Part shown: piece by piece, positions 30,225-39,983 of the stretch | Layout of the letters: the number at the start of each line of letters is the position of its first letter | Position numbering within the stretch: the first letter of the stretch is position 1 | Source: Hellea sp. | Lineage (GTDB): Bacteria > Pseudomonadota > Alphaproteobacteria > Caulobacterales > Maricaulaceae | Assembly: GCA_039977295.1 (NCBI GenBank) | Contig: JBDWDN010000009.1 | Location: 337,717 to 401,716, forward strand | DNA length: 64,000 nt | Reading direction: 5' to 3' | Position numbers and translations under genes: made by a program | Notes under the pieces: model-generated | Told to the model about the DNA's origin: nothing | Database searches by the model: none | The model's input: the letters and a program-made list of their open reading frames with translations, nothing else

Positions 30225-30745
30225 GTTTAAAGCTCATTGCTGAGCTGACTGCCTCCGCCGGATCACAGTCATAGCTCCGATATAGGCGCTTTGACGGTTT
30301 GGAAATTTTCGAAATAAATGTTGTCGAGCATCATGGGTCCGAAGACGATTTCAAATTCATCTTATGTCTTATTATAGCGCGAGTTTATTATGTTCCGGTT
30401 TCGCGTAAAGCTATCGTAGACAGCTAGAGAAGCATGACCATACGGGCCTCTGGTAAGGTGTGGTCGCCAATCCGAAGAGCTAGAGCGGTAATGTTGTGGT
30501 CATCATCATATGGTTCTGCAATACGGTCTGAGAAATCCTAGAGCGGCTGCTCGATCGCCCGCCAGTACACCTTGCGCCAGTCAGCAAAAGTCTGCCAGCT
30601 ATACAATGCCCCAAAAGCCCACCAAGGAAAACACTCAGCCATGTCTTCGTAGCAGGAATTTAAACCAAATTTTTTATGGATTTGACGTTTGACAGTTCAA
30701 ACGTTGGGTCAGTGCATTTTTAATGCGTAAGTTGGCCAAATTAAG

Positions 30746-31231
30746 CTACGTCTCATCCTGTGCCAAAGGAACACACCGCACGACAATCACCCCCAAACAC
30801 AGACACGCGATTACGGCCACTAAAGAAACCTTGGTGAGCACCACAAAGGTTAGCAATCCGGTCTTCACTGCAGGCAGCACCGCATCAAAGGCAGGGATTA
30901 AAAAGCCCGCCTCGCCCGTTTTTATGCCTTTAAGAAACTCTGTCTTAAAGGCGGATACGAAATTTGGGAGAGGTATGACAAGCAAACTCGTCAACAGACC
31001 CGCAAGTCCCCCGCGAAGGTAGTTGCTTGCTTTACGGTGGATGAGGCCCCACACGGCATAGCTGACGCATGCTGTCCCAATGGCCAAAACAGCTGCAATT
31101 TTCACAACATCAAGGACGAGATCAGATTGACCGCGCAACTGATAGGCCGCCATAGCGGCCCCAAACAAAGTCGCGAGGATTGTCGCCGCCCCCGTGAAAG
31201 CCGCGCGGCGAGAATAGTGATTAACGGTCAT
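30746..31231 (-). CDS. membrane protein, unknown (downstream partner of flotillin gene)
   Basis: 161 aa with 4-5 TM helices. Confidence 0.35.
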   Translation of the reverse strand: MTVNHYSRRAAFTGAATILATLFGAAMAAYQLRGQSDLVLDVVKIAAVLAIGTACVSYAVWGLIHRKASNYLRGGLAGLLTSLLVIPLPNFVSAFKTEFLKGIKTGEAGFLIPAFDAVLPAVKTGLLTFVVLTKVSLVAVIACLCLGVIVVRCVPLAQDET

Positions 31232-31283
31232 CGCTTAAGAACATGAAATAAGGAACGCTTATCGTGCCCTCTTATTCCGGTCA

Positions 31284-32717
31284 CTAGCCTTGAGGTTTGT
31301 AATTTATTGTTGGCGCTGTTTTCGCCGCGGGCGATGCTTTCGGTTTCGCTTTGGCTTTTGTTGCCGTCTTGCTTGTGGCAGCCTTGCTTGAAGACGCTTT
31401 AGCTCTGGTTCTCGCGGTTGGCGGTTTCGTCTTAAGCGTCTTGGACAATATATCCGCGCCAAACTCAGACTGGGCAAAGGCTTCGACGGCGGAGGCGATT
31501 TGCGTGCCGCCATTAGACGAGAATAAATCCATGACTTGAGTCATCCCCCCCGTGGAGGATCCGGAATTGGCGATAACTTTAACATCAGCATTCTGAAGCG
31601 CTTGGGCTTGGTGGCTACCAACAATCTCATAGGCGTCAATGGCCTCAATATTTTGGAGATAGTTCTGGAAACCTTCATTCGCGCCAATCTCTTTCGCCAG
31701 AGCGATTTTGGCTTGAACAGGGGCCAGTTGAAACAGTTTCTCTGCTTCGGCGGTCGCCTCACCCATTGCTCTCACACCATCGGCATCGCGCTGAACTTTG
31801 ATGAGGTCACCTTCGGCGATCAGGGTTTTGGTTTCTTTATCCTGAGACGCAGCAACGATCTGTTCTTCCTTTGTAATTTCGGCTTGGCGAACGATCTCAA
31901 CCTTTTTCACGGCCATGTCGTTTTCTGCGGTAAGTTTTTGCGCAATAAGAATTTCTTGACGCGCGGATTCATTTGCAATGCCAACGGCTTTATCTTTATC
32001 AGCCGTGCGCTGCCCGACGAGTAGCAAAGCGTCTTGAGTACTAACATCAACATCGCGTTTGGCATCAATCTCGGCTTGTTCAGAATCGCGTCTGTTCTTG
32101 GCGACTTCAACGCGGGACTCTTTCTCAATAGCCGATTTTTTCATGGCCATAATATTGGAAATAACATTGGAGTCATTTGCGTCACGAATATCCATAAGCT
32201 CCATCGTTTTGACAGATTCTACACCCCACTCCTTAAGCTGGTCCCTGACTTCTTCGGTGAATTGATCGCCAAAAGTCGATCGCTCCAACATGATGGTGTT
32301 GATGTCTGCCGAAGCGAGAACTTTGCGAACGGCGCCTTGAACGATCAGGCGCAGTTGATTGTTCAGCTCATCAACCGACTCCACACGTTTGGCAGCAAGG
32401 TTCGTATCTTTGATAGCAAAAAATGCTGTCACATCGACAATGAACGGCACGCGGTCTGTATCATAAGCGTCATAATTTTTGAGCGACAAATCAAAGTTAG
32501 AGACTGGCAATTTAATCACGGCCACGCCGAGGAGCGGCACAAAGGATGGCCATGCCCAATAAACGTTGGACTTATGACCCGTCCCATAAGACGTCGTTTT
32601 TTTACGGGATTGAACAATATGTACCATATTGGTCGGCACGACACGCCGAAGCAATATGGACAAAATGACCGCTAGGATAAGTAGCGCAACTGGAATTACT
32701 AGAAGTTCGAAAGACAT
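31284..32717 (-). CDS. flotillin-like SPFH/band-7 protein with coiled-coil and Ala/Lys/Thr-rich basic C-terminal tail
   Basis: N-terminal TM segment, SPFH domain, extended EA-rich coiled coil, and tail ...AKASSSKAATSKTATKAKAKPKASPAAK. Confidence 0.7.
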   Translation of the reverse strand: MSFELLVIPVALLILAVILSILLRRVVPTNMVHIVQSRKKTTSYGTGHKSNVYWAWPSFVPLLGVAVIKLPVSNFDLSLKNYDAYDTDRVPFIVDVTAFFAIKDTNLAAKRVESVDELNNQLRLIVQGAVRKVLASADINTIMLERSTFGDQFTEEVRDQLKEWGVESVKTMELMDIRDANDSNVISNIMAMKKSAIEKESRVEVAKNRRDSEQAEIDAKRDVDVSTQDALLLVGQRTADKDKAVGIANESARQEILIAQKLTAENDMAVKKVEIVRQAEITKEEQIVAASQDKETKTLIAEGDLIKVQRDADGVRAMGEATAEAEKLFQLAPVQAKIALAKEIGANEGFQNYLQNIEAIDAYEIVGSHQAQALQNADVKVIANSGSSTGGMTQVMDLFSSNGGTQIASAVEAFAQSEFGADILSKTLKTKPPTARTRAKASSSKAATSKTATKAKAKPKASPAAKTAPTINYKPQG

Positions 32718-32942
32718 TTGGCGTTCCCTTAATAAGTAGATTTTTATTGTCCACTAAACTTAAATCGGGACGTGTAATCCCACGCTTTTAGTCACTTTAG
32801 GTTAAAAGAGCGTGTCTATTCTGAAAGAAGGACGCCTTCGTCTATAAATTAATGGTATTTGTGATATAGATGTAAAGCTGAAGCATTATTGACCTATATG
32901 CGTTGATATTGTGATCCGTATCCCCTACCCTTCTCTCAATGC

Positions 32943-33013
32943 TCCGAGGTAGCTTAGTCAAAGCGCCGGACTCTGGATCCGGAGAGCGCGGGTGCAAATC
33001 CCGCCCTCGGACC
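32943..33013 (+). tRNA. tRNA-like element (anticodon-loop CUCUGGA gives CUG, Gln) with non-canonical D- and T-loops; possibly a degenerate tRNA or integration-site remnant
   Basis: A cloverleaf can be drawn with a 7-bp acceptor stem (TCCGAGG/CCTCGGA), a 5-bp anticodon stem (CCGGA/TCCGG) and a 5-bp T-stem (GCGGG/CCCGC). The T-loop is TGCAAAT (G at position 55 where U is expected), the D-loop lacks GG, and no CCA is encoded. A TTGACC -35-like hexamer lies ~50 bp upstream. Confidence 0.35.
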
Positions 33014-33027
33014 CCTCGGGATATAAT

Positions 33028-35169
33028 ATGATTGATAGAATTGGCGACAAATATGCTTTCCTTCAGCTCATTGCTGCAGAGGAAAAGGGTCATCCTAAAA
33101 AAATATCTCAATGGAAGAATGTCCTCTCCGGCATTAGAACGGGAGAGCTACAGATTGGGTCTCGCACTGCCGTATCTGGCATGCCGCTTTGGGCCACGCC
33201 CGAAATTATACGCGGGGGCTTTGCCACTGGCGGATATGCTGCGGGCGGCCCACTACGCCCGCACGAAAAAGAGCTAGCCGCCGAGCTGGGTTTAAAAACC
33301 CGTTCAATTCCTATCATTCGGACCAGTCTGAATAGCTGGCATCTAAGTTCAAACGGTGTTGATAGATTAAAAACATTGGCGAAAGAGCGGCGCTTTATAT
33401 GCGACCATCCCGAAGAAGCGGCGTTGATGAGCATCGCCTTACTCGCGGATGAAGACCACGCTTTGGCCTCAGACATTGTCGCGGCGATTTCTCCTTATTT
33501 TGATCGCCTGCGCTTTTTCCCGCGCGCCGTCGACGCCGCCAGACCAAAGGGCATTTATGTGCGCGACGTCTCAGAGGTTAGAGAAGCTTTGGCTCGTGTT
33601 CAGCCTCGTGAAGACATCAGCGTGCAATTCGACACTCTCAACATTTGGATCCCGCTTTATGATCGGTTGATTGATTTACTGGCTGATAGCAATGCCGTGG
33701 ACTGGAAATCCACTGCGAAACAATGGCAGAGAGATTTTTCCAGCGCAGATCGGAGTTTTAGATCGAAACGTTGGTCTGCTCGTCATTCACCTTTTGAACG
33801 CTGCCGCCTCGCGCTGGAAAAACGCGTGAACAAGAAACCCTTAAGCCAAAAAAATTTAAAATACGTACAGCTCGTTGTCACAAGACACCGCGCGAAACAT
33901 GGTATGGGGACGGCGCGAAAGAAGAAAAGATTGGAACAAGCCAAGCAGGACGTAAAGATATGGCATGACGCCATGGCCAACATTGTCCTTAATAGGCTGC
34001 AAGACGCTCATGGAGATTATGGACTGATTGACCCTGCAGCTTATTTAACTGCTCCCTCACAGTCCGAAGCAGGACCTGAAGCGCCCATAAATGCTGATAT
34101 TCCTCATACCATTCAGAGAAAAACCTTTGCAGCTTTGCAAGGGTCAATTGGGGCTTTGATCACAGGTGGACAAATCTCATCTCCTGAAATTTTTGCCAAA
34201 GTCCTACCGCAAATTACCGCGCAGGTTCAGGCCTCGGGTTTTGATGATGGGGATAAAGCGGCTGTTTTTTCGGAGTGCTACAAAGCCTTCCATAAAAGGC
34301 GGTCTCTACTCCTTTTGAATTTGGAGTCGCAAATTCGCATCACGGAAATTCCGTGGGTCAAAACCTTGCTAGTATCTCGAAAAGACAGGCCCGAGGATTC
34401 AGACCTGTCACGGACAGCGCTTACGGAATTTGTGTCCTTGACACTAACCCATTTTCCCCATGTTCAATTCCCAAATCCATTGATTGAGCAAATGCATGAC
34501 TTGGCCAAACGCGCAAATATTCACACCCCTCTTCTGCCTGAAATCGCAGCTGATATTTTTATGGGGCGGTTTTCCCAGCGGTTTGAAAAAGCGGCGCAAC
34601 ATACCGCGAAATATTATGAGGGCACACTTTATGCGCGTTACTATAATTTGCCCAAACAGATTCCCAGTGGCGCATTTGATAAATTATGCGCGGAACGCGC
34701 AGAGCCCCCTAGCCGGCAGGGATGGTCTAGCGCGCAAAACGGAACCATTATAGAGCAAGGCCTGATTTTAACATCGCATAATATGGCGGCATTATTTTCT
34801 GGGCTCGACCTGTCTAAATTAGAGTGCGGCGCCCTAGCGCTTAAATGTTTCGTTTGGATTTGCGATCGCTTGACAGCTGTTCCGCCCAGCTACCACGCCG
34901 AGCTCATTTCGCTCAAAAATTCAGCTTATGCCTGGCGGCAGATGATCGCTTTATTATCGGAGCTTCCGAAAAAGGACTTGCAAGACACCATTGAGCAAAT
35001 TCACGTCCATTTAGAGGGAACATCGGCCAGCTTTCAAAACCGTCTACGGCCCGTAATGAACGGTCTACACATTGCGGGGATGAAATCCAAACCTCTCACT
35101 GAGAGGTCAGATCAATTTCTTGGCTGGACAGTGGGACGCCATCCGCTATCACAATGGACTGACCTATAA
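33028..35169 (+). CDS. large hypothetical protein (713 aa), no recognisable domain
   Basis: Track ORF begins at a GTG inside the tRNA-like element; the first ATG is at 33028. Predicted mostly helical, no nucleotide-binding or catalytic motif found. Confidence 0.4.
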   Translation: MIDRIGDKYAFLQLIAAEEKGHPKKISQWKNVLSGIRTGELQIGSRTAVSGMPLWATPEIIRGGFATGGYAAGGPLRPHEKELAAELGLKTRSIPIIRTSLNSWHLSSNGVDRLKTLAKERRFICDHPEEAALMSIALLADEDHALASDIVAAISPYFDRLRFFPRAVDAARPKGIYVRDVSEVREALARVQPREDISVQFDTLNIWIPLYDRLIDLLADSNAVDWKSTAKQWQRDFSSADRSFRSKRWSARHSPFERCRLALEKRVNKKPLSQKNLKYVQLVVTRHRAKHGMGTARKKKRLEQAKQDVKIWHDAMANIVLNRLQDAHGDYGLIDPAAYLTAPSQSEAGPEAPINADIPHTIQRKTFAALQGSIGALITGGQISSPEIFAKVLPQITAQVQASGFDDGDKAAVFSECYKAFHKRRSLLLLNLESQIRITEIPWVKTLLVSRKDRPEDSDLSRTALTEFVSLTLTHFPHVQFPNPLIEQMHDLAKRANIHTPLLPEIAADIFMGRFSQRFEKAAQHTAKYYEGTLYARYYNLPKQIPSGAFDKLCAERAEPPSRQGWSSAQNGTIIEQGLILTSHNMAALFSGLDLSKLECGALALKCFVWICDRLTAVPPSYHAELISLKNSAYAWRQMIALLSELPKKDLQDTIEQIHVHLEGTSASFQNRLRPVMNGLHIAGMKSKPLTERSDQFLGWTVGRHPLSQWTDL

Positions 35170-35191
35170 TTGGGACTTAAGAGGAATAGTA

Positions 35192-36334
35192 ATGACGCAA
35201 AGTTTCATGACTGACAGTAAGGTTGCCGCCCGCATTTTAGGCCACATTGCCAATAACACAACAGATTGCGGATCCGAAGTGTGGCGGGAGCCCGTGGATA
35301 ATTACCGGTCATTAGAGCGCTTTGAGCAAGAGCTTGGCGTGCTGCGCGCCTTGCCTATTGCCTTTTGTCCGTCAACCGCGCTCACGAAGACAGGGGATTA
35401 TATTGCGCGGAAAGCTGCAGGAACGCCTCTAATTGTTGTTCGGGGTAAGGACGGTAACGCCCGCGCCTTTAAAAATGCGTGCCGTCACCGCGGCGCGCAA
35501 TTGGCCTCAGGCGCGGGATGCGCCGGCGCATTCGTGTGTCCCTATCATGGCTGGTCTTACGGCCTCGATGGCGCGCTTTTAGGCATTCCGCATGAGGGCG
35601 GTTTCCCGGACGTGGATAAGCTCGCAAGCGGGCTGATCGAGGTGACGGCTATTGAAACAAATGGTATTATTTTTGTTGTCCAAAAAGCCCCAAGCGAAAA
35701 CTCCGCAGCCGCCTTAGATATGCTTAAGGGGCTGCCGCGGGTTTTAAAAGATGATCAAATTATTTTTAGTAAAACTGAGCTGATCGTTGAAGCGAATTGG
35801 AAGCTTCACCTTGAGAGTTTCCTTGAGGGGTATCATATTAAACCCGCCCATAAAAACACCTTCTATCCATTCGGATATGATAACTTAAACATCATCGAGT
35901 TTTGTGGGCCGCACGCCCGAGTTACATTTCCCTTTAAACGAATCGAAGACCTCAAAGGCACGGAACTGGAAGGCTGTGACGTCTCTGACAAACTCACCTA
36001 TGTCAACCATATGTTCCCAAATGTCATATTGGCCGAGCTCTCCCATCACAACACGCTGGGCATCATAGAACCCCTAAGCCTCAACCAAACGAAAATCGTC
36101 AGCTATCACATGACAAAGTCAACGGATGAGGCGGGCCAAGACGCAGCGGTCAAAGCCGCGAAACGCGACATAGCCTTTGTCAATGAAACGGGCCAAAAAG
36201 AAGATATAGAAATGGTGACGAGCATACAGCGCAGCCTTCACGCGGAGGTCAATGAGGCCTTCACATTCGGGCATTTCGAGCCCGCAATCGTTCATTTCCA
36301 TCAGCAATTAGCCAAGCGTTTAAGCGCGGGGTAA
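35192..36334 (+). CDS. Rieske non-heme iron oxygenase alpha subunit (ring-hydroxylating/demethylase-type)
   Basis: CRHRGAQL...CPYHGW Rieske motif followed by a catalytic domain with His/Asp ligands (EGYHIKPAHKN). AAGAGGA RBS. Confidence 0.7.
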   Translation: MTQSFMTDSKVAARILGHIANNTTDCGSEVWREPVDNYRSLERFEQELGVLRALPIAFCPSTALTKTGDYIARKAAGTPLIVVRGKDGNARAFKNACRHRGAQLASGAGCAGAFVCPYHGWSYGLDGALLGIPHEGGFPDVDKLASGLIEVTAIETNGIIFVVQKAPSENSAAALDMLKGLPRVLKDDQIIFSKTELIVEANWKLHLESFLEGYHIKPAHKNTFYPFGYDNLNIIEFCGPHARVTFPFKRIEDLKGTELEGCDVSDKLTYVNHMFPNVILAELSHHNTLGIIEPLSLNQTKIVSYHMTKSTDEAGQDAAVKAAKRDIAFVNETGQKEDIEMVTSIQRSLHAEVNEAFTFGHFEPAIVHFHQQLAKRLSAG

Positions 36335-36356
36335 GGCGTGATGCTACTCTAGGAAG

Positions 36357-38120
36357 CTAGGGCTCCCCTAATGTTCCCTCAGTCTGTTCGTTAATATCAG
36401 ACTGCACTTTTGACGTGCGCGAATTGATTGAGCCATTGTCAAAAGCTAAGACATCAACAACCGCGTTGCCGTCTTCTTGATAGGACAATGTCACCACATC
36501 CCCCGAAGCCGTCATTCGCACCATTGGCGCGAGGTCACTCGCGATAGCGAAAAGACGGTCGGGTGCGCTATCGATAAGAACGTAATAGGTCACTGTTTGT
36601 TCGATTGTTTCCTGCCGCACGCGCAGCACTGTGCCCTCAACACTCTGGTAGTTTTCAATATCGCCCATGGCGACAGCATTGCCGCGCCCGCGTAGGGCTT
36701 GGTTATAATTTCTAAGAGCTGTCTCTGTCGTTTTACCAGACCCGACAAGACTATAATCTTCCACCGATACAAAGGCCGCTGCCTTTACCAGGCCTGAGCT
36801 GGCTTTCATCGTCATAAAATAGGTCGGGATGCCGCCAATATTATAGAGTATAGGATTGGTCGCCCTATAGCCAAAATCCTGAAACTCATCTTCAGCGGAA
36901 TTACGAGCTGCCACTTCTGTTGCGCCTGCTTGCTCATAGAGGCGCATATCCTTTGTCCGCGTATTAATTAAGACAAAGCCGACTGTGCCCTCATCGGAGC
37001 CCACAGATTGCATGCCAGTATAAAAATAAGAGTTTCCATCATTACCATAGACCAGGGACATGCCTTTCGTTGTTTTCAAAACACCGTCAGCGCCCAGCCA
37101 TGAATTCATCCACCCTTGTTTGAACTTCCCCCAATCATTGAGTTGGCGACGCATAAAACCGCTGGGCTGTATCCGGTCGATCCATTTTGGGGCCTCGTCT
37201 ATCGCGTAGTTTTTAATCTCGCCATTTTGCACATCCAAAACGATAACCCCCACGGCATCAGCTCCCTTAAATCCAATGCGTTTCTTGTAATCCGTTACCA
37301 CGTAGAAAGGACGCCCTTGATCATCAATTTCAAACGTCCAGTCCGTCCGTCCATGCGCTGCATAGCCGTTATCATAAACATAGCGCTCGGGTTTATCCTT
37401 AAAATAGGCCCCCATATTATAACGCAGCGTCAGCGGCTTCTCATTCACCGCCAACACAAGCTCTACATCATTTTCATTACTGGCTGACACCATAACATAG
37501 CCAGGGGTTCCCGAACGATTATCGAGCCAACGCCGGAACTTAGAATGCTCTAATGGCCCCACCCAATAGAGCTTACCCTTCACCGTTTGAATGGACATAG
37601 AGCCAATACTTACCCGGCTTCCAAGGCCTCTATCCTCGCCTAGCCGCTTATCCGCAACATTGCGTGCCAGCCGTGAATCGACCCGCCTGACCTGAGACAT
37701 ATCAATCGCCGCCACGTCATCAGAAAACTCGCCAATGGCGACTTCGCCGGGAAGATCATAATATTTTTTGGCGTAAAACCCCGCAAAAGATGTCACGAAG
37801 GGTATGATGAGAAGCGCCAAAACGCTTAGACCAACCATTGAAAGCGCAATCTTACTTTGCCGCTTCGATGTTACGCCTGCATTAGGTATGGCACGACCCG
37901 AAGAAAACAATCGCCCCGTAGCCAATCCCATAAGCGCCAGGGAATTGACGAGGAAGATCAGCGGAATATCCGTAAACCCATATTGCAAGGTCGGTAGGCT
38001 CAACCAAGTATAGGCAATGTTAGCAATCAGAAAGAGCGGCAAATACCGCCATTTGCCACTGATGAGCCGCGCCAACATTCCAAAAAGAAGCCCTATTACG
38101 AGTCCTGAAATTAAACTCAA
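36357..38120 (-). CDS. membrane-anchored protein with large extracytoplasmic domain, unknown function
   Basis: 587 aa: three N-terminal TM helices, then a ~480-aa hydrophilic domain rich in Gly/Tyr/Asp beta-strand segments. Confidence 0.4.
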   Translation of the reverse strand: MSLISGLVIGLLFGMLARLISGKWRYLPLFLIANIAYTWLSLPTLQYGFTDIPLIFLVNSLALMGLATGRLFSSGRAIPNAGVTSKRQSKIALSMVGLSVLALLIIPFVTSFAGFYAKKYYDLPGEVAIGEFSDDVAAIDMSQVRRVDSRLARNVADKRLGEDRGLGSRVSIGSMSIQTVKGKLYWVGPLEHSKFRRWLDNRSGTPGYVMVSASNENDVELVLAVNEKPLTLRYNMGAYFKDKPERYVYDNGYAAHGRTDWTFEIDDQGRPFYVVTDYKKRIGFKGADAVGVIVLDVQNGEIKNYAIDEAPKWIDRIQPSGFMRRQLNDWGKFKQGWMNSWLGADGVLKTTKGMSLVYGNDGNSYFYTGMQSVGSDEGTVGFVLINTRTKDMRLYEQAGATEVAARNSAEDEFQDFGYRATNPILYNIGGIPTYFMTMKASSGLVKAAAFVSVEDYSLVGSGKTTETALRNYNQALRGRGNAVAMGDIENYQSVEGTVLRVRQETIEQTVTYYVLIDSAPDRLFAIASDLAPMVRMTASGDVVTLSYQEDGNAVVDVLAFDNGSINSRTSKVQSDINEQTEGTLGEP

Positions 38121-38303
38121 CTTTATCTCCCCAAAATTATCTTATGTATAATAGGTAGGTAGTCTTTCATAACCTGACAAGGGAGGCTAGGCGTCGCTTG
38201 GCGCAGCTCACACCCCGTTCAACATCCGCCCGATAGCAAATCCGAGTATTAGCTATGCAAAGCGCTGCCTTCTCAAACAATGATATCTCAGTAAGATGAA
38301 ATC

Positions 38304-38693
38304 ATGGCTCAAAATACTATCAGTAAACGTTTCACACTGAATTCAGGCGCTGAATGCCATCTGCTGAATATCAGAAACGATATGATACCGAATTACTATT
38401 TAATGTGTTTTCCGCGCGAGGCGGGAGAGCCCTCTGATATAGATGTCGCGCAAATGCTGACGCTTGGGGTGGACTATGCTCGCCAAATTGCCTTTGATAC
38501 GTTAGGTGATAAAGAGGCCTTCTCTGTTCTTTATAGTGGTTATAGTGCGCGCAGAGAAAAGGGGTGGCACGTTCATATAGTTTTGCTGGGCAATAGATGG
38601 CGCAAGGCATGGCTCTATAGCGTATTAGCCCTGAAAAACCTCTTACAGGCCTTTGGAATAAGGAAAGATGATGCTCCAAAACTCAAGACTTAA
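38304..38693 (+). CDS. HIT-like small protein (degenerate histidine triad HVHIV)
   Basis: 129 aa. C-terminal GWHVHIVLLGN aligns with the HIT motif H-phi-H-phi-H-phi-phi, with the third His replaced. It overlaps the downstream HD gene by 26 nt. Confidence 0.3.
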   Translation: MAQNTISKRFTLNSGAECHLLNIRNDMIPNYYLMCFPREAGEPSDIDVAQMLTLGVDYARQIAFDTLGDKEAFSVLYSGYSARREKGWHVHIVLLGNRWRKAWLYSVLALKNLLQAFGIRKDDAPKLKT

Positions 38694-39297
38694 ACGCGCG
38701 GGTTGGCGGCGATTAATGACGGCTTGCGGGTTTCCGGCCAATGACGCCATGCATGATCTCCTCATCGCTTGCTATTCAGAAAAACACCGTTTCTATCATA
38801 GCCTCGACCACATTGATGCGTGCTTTCGTCATTTCGATGCTGTCATTGAAACGGCCATTTATCCGAATGAAATTGAGTTGGCTCTCTGGTTTCACGATGT
38901 CATTTACAAGCCGTTTTCAGCAACCAATGAAGAGGACAGCGCTGAGCTGGCGAAGGCATTTCTATTAGAAAATAAAGCCGCAGCAGATATGATAGACCGT
39001 GTTTATGATCTTATAATTCTCACCAAAGACCACGCCGCGCCGCAAATGCAGGACGCCAAGTTAATGCTCGATATTGACCTTAGCATTTTAGGCGCCGCCC
39101 CCCATATATATGCCCAGTTTGAAAAAGACGTTAGGCAGGAATATAAGCGCGTCCCCTCATTTATCTTTAAAAAGAAACGCAAAGAGATTTTACGAACCTT
39201 TATTCAGCGCCCACAGCTTTACAATAGCTCTTACTTCTATGAGCGTTTGGAAGCGCAAGCCAAACGAAACTTAAAATGGGCGATTGCCGAGCTATAA
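38668..39297 (+). CDS. HD-domain metal-dependent phosphohydrolase (COG4339-type)
   Basis: HRFYHSLDHIDACF ... ELALWFHDVIYKP match the H...HD...H...D signature of COG4339 HD proteins. AAGGAAAG RBS. Confidence 0.65.
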   Translation: MMLQNSRLKRAGWRRLMTACGFPANDAMHDLLIACYSEKHRFYHSLDHIDACFRHFDAVIETAIYPNEIELALWFHDVIYKPFSATNEEDSAELAKAFLLENKAAADMIDRVYDLIILTKDHAAPQMQDAKLMLDIDLSILGAAPHIYAQFEKDVRQEYKRVPSFIFKKKRKEILRTFIQRPQLYNSSYFYERLEAQAKRNLKWAIAEL

Positions 39298-39460
39298 ATA
39301 AAATATCCATCGACACGCCAAACTAACCTGCATAATCGGTGCAAGATGAGGCGTGAAGAAATTGCGCTTAGCTCGCAAAGGGTAGCTATGGGGTGGATTG
39401 CGTAGATTTTGGCTAAACGCTAATCTTTACTGTCATCATCTCCGCAAATCGAAGGAAACG

Positions 39461-39925
39461 GCCATGGGTATTGAAATTGAGAGAAAATTTCTTGTTACAG
39501 GTCAGGCCTGGAAAATAGGTACCCCTACCCTATTTATTCAAGGCTATCTAAATCACGACAAAAACCGGACGGTCCGCATCCGAATTGCGGGGGATGAGGC
39601 CATGATAACCGTTAAGGGCCTAACGGTCGGCATGCGCCGCGCAGAATATGAATATTTAATCCCAGTCACAGATGCCAAAGACATGTTAGAGTTATGCGAG
39701 GGCCCGCTTATTGAAAAGAAACGCTGGTTAGTATCCGCCGGGAATTTAACATGGGAAGTTGATGAATTCATGGGGGACAATCAAGGCTTAGTGGTCGCGG
39801 AAATTGAACTTGAAGATGAAAGTCAAAGCTTTGAGATGCCGGTCTGGGTCGGTAAAGAAGTGACCGACGATGCGCGCTATTATAATTCAAGCTTGTCAGT
39901 CATGCCCTTTAAGCGGTGGGGCTAA
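39461..39925 (+). CDS. CYTH-domain protein (CyaB/ThTPase-type triphosphate tunnel metalloenzyme)
   Basis: N-terminal EIERKFLV signature, then EYEY..., KKRW..., EVDEF..., VAEIELE beta-strand motifs that line the tunnel. An ATG at 39461 has an AAGGAAA RBS. Confidence 0.7.
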   Translation, partial: AMGIEIERKFLVTGQAWKIGTPTLFIQGYLNHDKNRTVRIRIAGDEAMITVKGLTVGMRRAEYEYLIPVTDAKDMLELCEGPLIEKKRWLVSAGNLTWEVDEFMGDNQGLVVAEIELEDESQSFEMPVWVGKEVTDDARYYNSSLSVMPFKRWG

Positions 39926-39983
39926 CCTTGTATGTTTAATTGGCTTAGACCCAAGCGCCTGCGTAGATATATGGCCAATCATA

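Noticed and set aside
32943-33013. Calling the tRNA-like element a functional tRNA-Gln gene.
   Set aside because: The T-loop reads TGCAAAT (G55), the D-loop lacks the GG pair, and the 3' end is CCC rather than CCA. It was kept only as a low-confidence tRNA-like or pseudo-tRNA feature.
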